Both the position numbers and the translations under genes were made by a program. From assembly GCA_001029755.1 (NCBI GenBank), contig CP011214.1, forward strand, positions 200,595 to 264,594: 64,000 nt of DNA. The letters are read 5' to 3'. Shown piece after piece: positions 1 through 7,395 of this stretch. The notes beneath the pieces were generated by a model. It had not been told where the DNA came from. It ran no database searches and saw only the letters and a list, made by a program, of their open reading frames with translations. The first letter of the stretch is position 1; each line of letters opens with the position of its first letter. The DNA comes from Candidatus Woesebacteria bacterium GW2011_GWF1_31_35. Its GTDB lineage: Bacteria; Patescibacteriota; Microgenomatia; UBA8517.

Positions 1-716
1 ATCATTTCTTCCAACATCCCTCTATAGTATCTTAATGTTGGTATTAAACTTGCATATGATTGTCTAACAGGTCCAATTACTCCTAAAGCTCCGTTTGTAT
101 CTTTAACTCTAAAATGTGCAGCAACTATTCCAACTGGAAAATTTCTAAAACCCATTTCTTCCCCAAACAATACATCAAAAGGAATTTCTAATGGAAACCT
201 TTTAAAAAATAGGTCAATCATCTGGTCGGATTCATCCATAAAACCAAAAACTGAAGCACATACACCCAAATCTGCAAATTCTGGATATAAAAATATATTT
301 GCATGTCCTGCCTGCCAGACTGAACCGTCTTCTGTTGCTGCAATTGCAAGGCCTCCAGTCCTATGAGCCAAGGAATGAGTTATTTCACCTAAAAATTTAT
401 CTAAATTTCCTTTTGAATCCCAAACTTCTTCTTTTGCTTTTACTTCATCGGTTAAACTCATTTGTTTTTCTTCCATAAGTTGATCAACATAGAATTTCAT
501 AGCACCAGATGTTGGAACTCTTCCGGCTGAAGTGTGTGGTTGTTTTAAATAACCTGATTTTGTAAGTAAACTCATCTCATTTCTAATTGTTGCAGGGGAT
601 ACTCCAAGATTATATTTTTTTTCCAACGAATCAGATCCAACAGGTTCTGCTGTTTCTATATATTCATCAATAATTACCTTTAATATTTGTGTTTGACGAG
701 AAGTTAAACTGTTCAT
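1..716 (-). CDS. hrcA: Heat-inducible transcription repressor HrcA (partial; runs off the left window edge)
   Basis: Minus-strand translation starting at the ATG at 714-716 reads [71 protein letters not shown]..., a typical HrcA N-terminal winged helix. A CIRCE element lies immediately upstream. Confidence 0.75.
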   Translation of the reverse strand, partial: MNSLTSRQTQILKVIIDEYIETAEPVGSDSLEKKYNLGVSPATIRNEMSLLTKSGYLKQPHTSAGRVPTSGAMKFYVDQLMEEKQMSLTDEVKAKEEVWDSKGNLDKFLGEITHSLAHRTGGLAIAATEDGSVWQAGHANIFLYPEFADLGVCASVFGFMDESDQMIDLFFKRFPLEIPFDVLFGEEMGFRNFPVGIVAAHFRVKDTNGALGVIGPVRQSYASLIPTLRYYRGMLEEM

Positions 717-726
717 TTTTATTAAC

Positions 727-753
727 TTAGCAGTACTATACTCTGAGTGCTAA
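727..753. promoter_or_regulatory. CIRCE operator (TTAGCAGTA-N9-GAGTGCTAA) upstream of hrcA
   Basis: Inverted repeat matching the CIRCE consensus TTAGCACTC-N9-GAGTGCTAA. It overlaps the -10 region of a minus-strand TTGACA-N18-TATAGT promoter. Confidence 0.7.
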
Positions 754-764
754 CTATTTGTCAA
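735..764 (-). promoter_or_regulatory. sigma-70-like promoter of hrcA (TTGACA-N18-TATAGT on the minus strand)
   Basis: The minus strand reads cTTGACAaatagttagcactcagagTATAGT; the CIRCE element sits within it. Confidence 0.45.
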
Positions 765-784
765 GAGGCTTTTTTAATTATTTA

Positions 785-2494
785 TTATTCTGAAGGATCA
801 ACTTCAGTATTTGAACTTCCACCAACAAATCTTTTAAATAAAGTTTTGAATGTTTCTAGTTCTTTAGATTTCATTAACACTAAACTAATTAAATAAATTG
901 AAATTCCAATTAGTCCTACAAAGATAGTTAAAATAAGTAAATTTCCAGCATATCTTGTATCTAGTACAAATTTTTCAAAAGGTAAATCAAGTGAAGAAAT
1001 GAAGGAAAGTTTTTTAACCCAAACTGATTTATCAAAAAACTTTAAAATAAAATACATTGTTGATCCAGAAATTAAACTTGAAATAAATATTTTTATTATT
1101 GGAATATATAAACTTTGCTTTGCTCCATTGTGAATTCTTTTTGTAATAAGCAAAAATAAAACAATTGATTGAATAATCGATGAAAAAGAAAAGGCGGCTG
1201 CTAAACTCCAAACCGGTAAATGCAATTTAACTACAAAAATAAAATCTAAAATTATGTTGACAAGTAAAGTAGAAATCGAAACAATTACGGGAGTTTTGGT
1301 ATCAGTTAATGCATAAAAAGATCTTGCTAATATTGAATTTATGGCTTGAGAAAAAATACCAAAAGCAAAAGCTGAAACAACTAATGAAGTTTCAACAGTA
1401 GAATCCCAAGTAAAAATATCTGTTCCAAAAATTAGCCTTACTACAGGAACCCTTGCAACCATTAAAAAAACAACGATTGGTGCCATTAAAAAAATTACTT
1501 GGTTTAAAGTTTCAAAAAGTGTCTTTTTAAAAGCTGGTAAATTATCTGCTTGCCTTGCTAAGGTGGGAAGTGCAGCTTTAGCAATTGAAGTACCAAAAAG
1601 CCCAACAGGAAGAAGTTGTATTGTGTTTCCAAAAGTAAAGAAGGTATAGGCGGGAACTGAAATTAATGAAGCCAATGTTAATTCAACGAATTTAGCAACT
1701 TGCAAAAAAGATACCTCAATTATTCTAGGTAAAGAAAGCTTGGCAATTTTTTTAACTTCTGGTGTAATTTTTAGTGAACTACTAAATCTAAAACCAAGTT
1801 TTACAGCTAAAGGTAGTTGGATTAAAAAATGAGATCCTGCACCAATAACAACACCTATGGTAGGAGCTAATAACCCAAGGTTTTTTGAAAAGAAAAATGT
1901 TGCAATTATTATTCCTAAATTATAAAAAAGAGGTGCTAAAGCAGGTACAAAAAATCGTTTTGAAGATTCCAAAACAGCAGTTAAAACATATGAAATTACA
2001 AAAAAACCCTGAGCTGCAAATAGAATTCTAGCCAAAGTCACTATTTTGTCTTGATCCGAAGGACTAAAACCTGGAGTTATAAGCTTATATAATGGATGTG
2101 CAAAAGTAATTACAACTGTTGCTAATATAACAAATAAAACGCCTCCCCAATTAGCAACCAATCCTGCAACCTCCCAAGCTTTTTTATGACCTTCAAATTT
2201 ATTTTCTTTTAATGTTTTTGTAAAGACTGGTATGAAAGCTGATGCAAAGGTCCCAAAAACCAAAACTTCAAAAATTGTATCCGGTAATCTAAAGGCCGCA
2301 AAAAAAAGACTTAAATTATCAGGAGTAAAAAAATGGGCCAACACCCTTTGACGAACCAATCCCAATAATCTTGAAGCAACTATCATTATCATTATTAAAG
2401 TTGCCGCAGATAAAACAGAATGTTGTTGACCAAAAAATAACGATTTAAATTTCTTTAAAACAAATTTTGTTTTAGTTGTTATTGTTAATTTCAC
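785..2494 (-). CDS. murJ: Lipid II flippase MurJ/MviN
   Basis: 569-aa polytopic protein. The N-terminus SAATLIMIMIVASRLLGLVRQRVLAHFFTPDNLSLFFAAFRLPDTIFEVLVFGTFASAFIPVFTK is the MurJ signature region. Confidence 0.8.
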   Translation of the reverse strand: MKLTITTKTKFVLKKFKSLFFGQQHSVLSAATLIMIMIVASRLLGLVRQRVLAHFFTPDNLSLFFAAFRLPDTIFEVLVFGTFASAFIPVFTKTLKENKFEGHKKAWEVAGLVANWGGVLFVILATVVITFAHPLYKLITPGFSPSDQDKIVTLARILFAAQGFFVISYVLTAVLESSKRFFVPALAPLFYNLGIIIATFFFSKNLGLLAPTIGVVIGAGSHFLIQLPLAVKLGFRFSSSLKITPEVKKIAKLSLPRIIEVSFLQVAKFVELTLASLISVPAYTFFTFGNTIQLLPVGLFGTSIAKAALPTLARQADNLPAFKKTLFETLNQVIFLMAPIVVFLMVARVPVVRLIFGTDIFTWDSTVETSLVVSAFAFGIFSQAINSILARSFYALTDTKTPVIVSISTLLVNIILDFIFVVKLHLPVWSLAAAFSFSSIIQSIVLFLLITKRIHNGAKQSLYIPIIKIFISSLISGSTMYFILKFFDKSVWVKKLSFISSLDLPFEKFVLDTRYAGNLLILTIFVGLIGISIYLISLVLMKSKELETFKTLFKRFVGGSSNTEVDPSE

Positions 2495-2516
2495 TTTTTT
2501 TGATTATACTACCCAC

Positions 2517-2750
2517 ATGCCAGTAACAAAAACAGCCAAAAGAGCATTACGAGGCTCAAGCAAAAAAGAGAAGGTAAATACTTTAATTTTATCTAAGCTT
2601 GGAAAAGCTTTACGTTCTGCCAAAAAGACAAAAACGAAAAAAAATATTGAAACCGCAATTTCTTTAGCTGATAAAGCAGCTAAAAAAAATACAATCCACA
2701 AAAATAAAGCTGCTAGAATCAAATCTCAGCTTTCTAAACTCCTAAAATAA
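2517..2750 (+). CDS. rpsT: 30S ribosomal protein S20
   Basis: 77-aa, very basic, alpha-helical; MPVTKTAKRALRGSSKKEKVN...AARIKSQLSKLLK follows the S20 pattern. Confidence 0.8.
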   Translation: MPVTKTAKRALRGSSKKEKVNTLILSKLGKALRSAKKTKTKKNIETAISLADKAAKKNTIHKNKAARIKSQLSKLLK

Positions 2751-2803
2751 AGATTATTAAATACTAGCTTCTAAGACAGGTTTTCATATGCTATATTTAA
2801 GCT

Positions 2804-3373
2804 ATGCCTGCTAATAAAAGAAATAAGATAAACCTTCTTCCTCAAGAAGAATTTGAAACATCTACTTTCGGTAGAATTTTAAAATGGGCACTTTCTTCTT
2901 TTAGAATAATGGTTATTGTGACCGAACTTGTAGTCATGGGGGCCTTTCTTTCTAGATTTTGGCTTGATGCAAAAAATTCTGATTTAAACGATGAATTAAA
3001 TACTAGTAAAGCTCAAGTTTCAGCATATTCGGATGTAGAATCAACAATAATATCAAATCAAAAAAGACTATCTATCGCAAAATCTCTTTACACACAAAAA
3101 AATATTAGTGAAATTATTGAAAAAATCTCCAAATCAATTCCATCAGATATATCCCTAAATTCAATTTCAATTAGTGAAGGAGTTTTAACACTTAAGGCAT
3201 CTTCCCTTTCAGAAAGATCAATTATGCAATTTTTAGTTAATCTTGACAGTGATGAAGATCTATCTGACGTAAACTTGTCGCAAGTTTCTTCGGGTGTTGA
3301 TAATAGTTACATAACAATTTTTACAATAACAGCCAATGTAAAAAGTTTCACGACACAGAAAGGAGCAAAATAA
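2804..3373 (+). CDS. PilN-like type IV pilus/competence assembly protein
   Basis: N-terminal KINLLPQEE motif followed by a single TM helix and a periplasmic domain, the PilN architecture. Assigned by sequence pattern only. Confidence 0.5.
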   Translation: MPANKRNKINLLPQEEFETSTFGRILKWALSSFRIMVIVTELVVMGAFLSRFWLDAKNSDLNDELNTSKAQVSAYSDVESTIISNQKRLSIAKSLYTQKNISEIIEKISKSIPSDISLNSISISEGVLTLKASSLSERSIMQFLVNLDSDEDLSDVNLSQVSSGVDNSYITIFTITANVKSFTTQKGAK

Positions 3374-3374
3374 T

Positions 3375-4034
3375 ATGGCAGTTGGATGGAAAAAAGATTA
3401 TTTAAGATATAAGGATTTTTTCTTAAATGTATTAAGACTTTATAAAAATAAGCCAAATTTTAAAATTTATTTGGAATTAATACTTTCTCTTTCTGCAATA
3501 GTAATCTTTTCAATTTTTGCAATTCGTCCCACAATCATTACAGTATCTGAATTAAATAAAGAAATTAAAGGAAAAGAGGAAACGGTAGCAAAATTAAAAG
3601 AAAAAATAAAAAATCTCCAAACCGCTAGTGTGAATTTGCAAAAAGAATCTGGTAGACTTCCATTAATTACTCAAGCCGTACCAGCCTTAGCAAGTCCAGA
3701 AATTTTAGTTAAACAAATTGAAACATTAGTTTCTCAAGATGGAGTTACAATACTTAGATTTTCTGCTTCAGATGTTTTATTAGTTGGTAAAAAAGAAGAT
3801 ATTAAAAAATCAAAAGATTTCGTAAGTTTATCCGGAGACGCTGATGAGCTTCCTTTTTCAATATCTGTAACTGGGCCTTACCAAAATCTTTATTCATTTT
3901 TAAAATCTGTTGAAAATTTAAGAAGGCCAGTAAAGGTTGATTCTTTTTCGATTACCTCAAGTGTTACTGATTTATCAAAAGTACTAACTTTAACAATAAC
4001 TGGAAGATTACCATTTTTGTATGAAGAAAAATAA
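3375..4034 (+). CDS. PilO-like bitopic membrane protein
   Basis: Short cytoplasmic N-terminus, one TM, a coiled-coil segment (KEIKGKEETVAKLKEKIKNLQ), then a periplasmic domain. Gene start is adjacent to the PilN-like gene. Confidence 0.4.
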   Translation: MAVGWKKDYLRYKDFFLNVLRLYKNKPNFKIYLELILSLSAIVIFSIFAIRPTIITVSELNKEIKGKEETVAKLKEKIKNLQTASVNLQKESGRLPLITQAVPALASPEILVKQIETLVSQDGVTILRFSASDVLLVGKKEDIKKSKDFVSLSGDADELPFSISVTGPYQNLYSFLKSVENLRRPVKVDSFSITSSVTDLSKVLTLTITGRLPFLYEEK

Positions 4035-4037
4035 AAT

Positions 4038-4238
4038 ATGAAAAATACTAAACTGCCTAGTGTAATAGTTCTTTTAATACTAACTTCGATTACTATTGTT
4101 TTTTGGGTATTTTTTAATATTTATTATGTTGTTTCCAAAAAGACTCCTGCTACAGTATCTGAAGAGATACTTTCTCCAATAAACCCCAAGCTTGATACAG
4201 AAGTAATCAATCAAATGGAGAAAAGAAGTTATCCTTAA
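4038..4238 (+). CDS. Small single-pass membrane protein
   Basis: 66 aa with a hydrophobic N-terminus; sits in a PilP-like position but no family could be assigned. Confidence 0.3.
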   Translation: MKNTKLPSVIVLLILTSITIVFWVFFNIYYVVSKKTPATVSEEILSPINPKLDTEVINQMEKRSYP

Positions 4239-4250
4239 AACTACTTCCCA

Positions 4251-5639
4251 ATGAAGAAAATTAAAAAATTACCAACAATTTTAGGAATATTAATTTTAAT
4301 ATCTGGTTTAGTAGCTGGAATTTTTTTAGTTAATTCTAGACAAGTTTTTAAGTTAGGAGCAAGTGCTGATTTTGCTCCAAAAAATGTAAGGGTAAGTAAT
4401 ATTACCAATAGTTCTTTAACTATTACTTGGACTACTGACAAAATAAGTAAAGGTTTTATCAAATGGGGCAAAAGCGAATCGGCTTTAAGTAAAACTACGT
4501 TGGAGGAAAATGCTGAAAAAGAATTTATTCATTCAGTAAACCTTCCAGCAATAGAACCCAATACTGATGTATTTTTTAAAATTAATTCAGAAGGTGAAGA
4601 TTTTGACAACAGTGGAATACCTTGGCAATCAAAAACATTATTAGAAAAAACAAATCAGACTAGTTCACTAACAGGATCTGGAATAATTCTTTCCCCTGAT
4701 GGGTCCAGCCCAGCAAAGGCAATTGTTTATTTATCAGTTAATGGGATAGCCCTTTCAAATTTAACCTCCCAGGAAGGTACTTGGATAATTCCAATTTCAT
4801 TGTTTATTGAATCAATTCCTGAAACAACAGTTATTGAGATTTCTGTAATTGATGGACAAGGAGGAACCGCACAAGCTGCAATTTATCCTACAACAATTAA
4901 AAATACTCCAACGATTGTTATAGGTAAAACATATGATTTTAGAAATTATGTTCCTACAGTTGACTCAAATCTTCCTGAAAGTAAACTTACAATACCTGAA
5001 ACAATAGAGATTTCATCAAGATTTGAGGTAGATAATTCAAGTCTTACTTTATCTTCAAATAATGTAGTTACATTAGATTCAATTGATGAGGGGGAAATAA
5101 TTACAACAACTGACCCTCAATTCTTCGGAACTGCACCTGCAAAAACTGGGATTGAAATTTCAGTAGAATCAGAACTTCAAACTGATTCCCTAACTTCAAG
5201 TTCAACTGGAAAATGGAGTTGGAGTCCACCTACTAATTTGGATCCAGGTCAACATACAGTGACAATTAAATGGAGAGATTCAAACGGAATTTTAAGAACC
5301 CTGACAAGAAATTTTGTAGTTCAAGCTGGTGAAGCACCCGCATTTGAAGCAACTCCTTCAGCTACACCTAACATAACCGCAACACCTACAAGTAGTGGGA
5401 TAGCAACTCCAATAACATCGCCTACTGGCACTTCTAGGAGTACTAGTATACCAACAACAATTCCATCTACCACCCCTACAATTAAAGCCAGTGGAACACC
5501 AAAAGCAACAATTTCTGCAACACCAACCAATCCTTCGCTTCCGGAATCAGGAAACTTGACACCAACCATTGGTCTATTCATAATGGGTGTAGGAATATTA
5601 ATGTCGAGTATTTTTGTTTGGAAAAGACAAGATGCCTAA
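4251..5639 (+). CDS. Cell-surface protein with Fn3-like domain and C-terminal LPESG sorting signal
   Basis: N-terminal signal/anchor, an Fn3-like segment (SLTITWTTDKISKGFIKWGKSES), Thr/Pro/Ser-rich stalk, then LPESG followed by a hydrophobic helix and a KRQDA tail. This is the LPXTG-type cell wall sorting architecture. Confidence 0.6.
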   Translation: MKKIKKLPTILGILILISGLVAGIFLVNSRQVFKLGASADFAPKNVRVSNITNSSLTITWTTDKISKGFIKWGKSESALSKTTLEENAEKEFIHSVNLPAIEPNTDVFFKINSEGEDFDNSGIPWQSKTLLEKTNQTSSLTGSGIILSPDGSSPAKAIVYLSVNGIALSNLTSQEGTWIIPISLFIESIPETTVIEISVIDGQGGTAQAAIYPTTIKNTPTIVIGKTYDFRNYVPTVDSNLPESKLTIPETIEISSRFEVDNSSLTLSSNNVVTLDSIDEGEIITTTDPQFFGTAPAKTGIEISVESELQTDSLTSSSTGKWSWSPPTNLDPGQHTVTIKWRDSNGILRTLTRNFVVQAGEAPAFEATPSATPNITATPTSSGIATPITSPTGTSRSTSIPTTIPSTTPTIKASGTPKATISATPTNPSLPESGNLTPTIGLFIMGVGILMSSIFVWKRQDA

Positions 5640-6747
5640 AGATAATAATCAAACACCAATTACACCAACCACCAACAGCGATGATCAATCACCTGTTTTC
5701 ATGGAAGAAACCCTTCCTCCAATGCCACAAGAAGCACCTATAACTCAAGATATGGCTCCAGTAGAAAATAAACAGGATACAAAACCAAACGAAACCCCAG
5801 TTGAAACTCCAATTGTGGATTCAGGTTCAGCTGCACCTCAAGACGATGCAATAATGCCTCCAACGGTAACATCAAAAAATAAAAAAAAGTTTGCAGGAGG
5901 AAAAGTAATCGCAACAATTTTAGGGCTTTTTCTTTTAATTGGTGGTATAGGAGCAGGAGTTTTATTAGTTAAACAAAATCAAAATATAAATGAAAAGGCT
6001 TGGACACAGCAAACTTGTGAAAGTCAGGATGCTATTTTATGCCCTCTTCCTGACTATCAAGCTACCTACGAGGCAGGCAGAGCAAATAATGTTGGTATTT
6101 TAGAAGAATGTTATTGCAAATATATTGGTGGAGGTGGAGGTAGTGGAAATACAGATAATCCGACTTCAGGAACATGTCCAAATGGCAATCCTTTTAACAA
6201 TGAATGTGTAATTATTTATTGTCCAAATGGAGACACAAACAATGATGGAGCTTGTGAGGTACCAGATGTTGGTGCATGGTATGGATCAAAACACACATGT
6301 GGAACAAAAACATTTGGAACTAATGAATGTGGACAAGTTGATCCTGTTGATGATAATGGTGTTTATTGCGAATTACCCGGTTGGGATTACGACATAAAAT
6401 TAAGTAATTGTTCTGGACCTTTACCACCAACCACACCACCTACAGACAATTCAGGTACTGCATCATGTTCAGATGTTAAGGCATATACAGAAAGTTGGGT
6501 TTTGATCCCACAGATTAATCTTCCAAGTCTAAATGTTGGGGATAAAATAAATTTATGTGTTACTGGTACTTCAACTGGAGGAAGTTTTGATATGGCAAGA
6601 TTTAAAGTTAATGGAGTTACCCTACCAGATACAACAACTATAAGGCCTGGATCAAATGATTATTGTTATCTTTACACTATTCCAACAGGAACAAGCACAT
6701 TTAACATAATAGGTCAAATCCATCATACAAGTCTAGGATGGAAATAA
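5614..6747 (+). CDS. Membrane-anchored Cys-rich secreted protein
   Basis: Pro-rich N-terminal region, one TM (VIATILGLFLLIGGIGAGVLLV), then about 24 Cys in Gly/Asn-rich repeats. The start may instead be the ATG at 5632. Confidence 0.45.
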   Translation: MFGKDKMPKDNNQTPITPTTNSDDQSPVFMEETLPPMPQEAPITQDMAPVENKQDTKPNETPVETPIVDSGSAAPQDDAIMPPTVTSKNKKKFAGGKVIATILGLFLLIGGIGAGVLLVKQNQNINEKAWTQQTCESQDAILCPLPDYQATYEAGRANNVGILEECYCKYIGGGGGSGNTDNPTSGTCPNGNPFNNECVIIYCPNGDTNNDGACEVPDVGAWYGSKHTCGTKTFGTNECGQVDPVDDNGVYCELPGWDYDIKLSNCSGPLPPTTPPTDNSGTASCSDVKAYTESWVLIPQINLPSLNVGDKINLCVTGTSTGGSFDMARFKVNGVTLPDTTTIRPGSNDYCYLYTIPTGTSTFNIIGQIHHTSLGWK

Positions 6748-6759
6748 ATTATAAATAAT

Positions 6760-7395
6760 ATGAAAAATAAATTATCAACAATAGTAATAATATTAGTAAC
6801 GATAATTTTAGCTGGAGTTGCAATTTTTACTGCCATTAGATTGTATCAAACAAGAAATACTTCTGTTGCACCTAACGCCCCTTCAAGTAAACCAGAAGCA
6901 TATGGAGGGTCTTGTAGTTTATCTTTTACCTTAGCAACACCTACCAGTACAGCCTCAGGTACAGCTATAGCAACTGCTACAAGTACGGCCACATCGACTG
7001 CTACATCAACTTCAAGAGCGACAAGTACTGCTACATCAACTGCTACATCAACTTCAAGAGCGACAAGTACTGCTACATCAACTGCTACAGCTACAGCAAC
7101 AAGTACAGCCTCAGGACAACCAAACTCTTGTAATGGAACTTGTGGATCAAATAGTAATTGTAGTTCTGGACTATTTTGCTATTCAGGTTATTGTAGAAAT
7201 TCTTCTTGTCCTACAGATACAGATTGTGTGTGTAATGGAACAGCTACACCAACAAGTACATCTACTTCTATTGCACAAGGACCAACATCAACATCAGAGC
7301 CACAACTCCCAGAAGCAGGAACATCATGGCCAACAATTCTTGGTACTGGATTTGGAATATTTATTATTCTAGGTGCACTTCTATTGGCACTTTAA
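6760..7395 (+). CDS. Thr/Ser-repeat surface protein with Cys-rich module and C-terminal LPEAG plus hydrophobic anchor
   Basis: N-terminal TM, (ATSTATSTATSTSR)n repeats, Cys-rich block (CNGTCGSNSNCSSGLFCYSGYCRNSSCPTDTDCVC), then LPEAG and a hydrophobic tail. Confidence 0.55.
   Translation: MKNKLSTIVIILVTIILAGVAIFTAIRLYQTRNTSVAPNAPSSKPEAYGGSCSLSFTLATPTSTASGTAIATATSTATSTATSTSRATSTATSTATSTSRATSTATSTATATATSTASGQPNSCNGTCGSNSNCSSGLFCYSGYCRNSSCPTDTDCVCNGTATPTSTSTSIAQGPTSTSEPQLPEAGTSWPTILGTGFGIFIILGALLLAL
6991..7100 (+). repeat. Tandem 42-bp in-frame direct repeat (acaagtactgctacatcaactgctacatcaacttcaagagcg) inside the surface-protein gene
   Basis: Two perfect copies (7021-7062 and 7063 onward) and one partial copy, encoding TSTATSTATSTSRA units. 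Confidence 0.6.

Noticed and set aside
6900-7120. Possible CRISPR-like or non-coding repeat array
   Set aside because: The repeats are perfect tandem units with no unique spacers, and they keep the reading frame of a Thr/Ser-rich surface protein. They are therefore a coding tandem repeat, not a CRISPR array. No cas genes are in the window.
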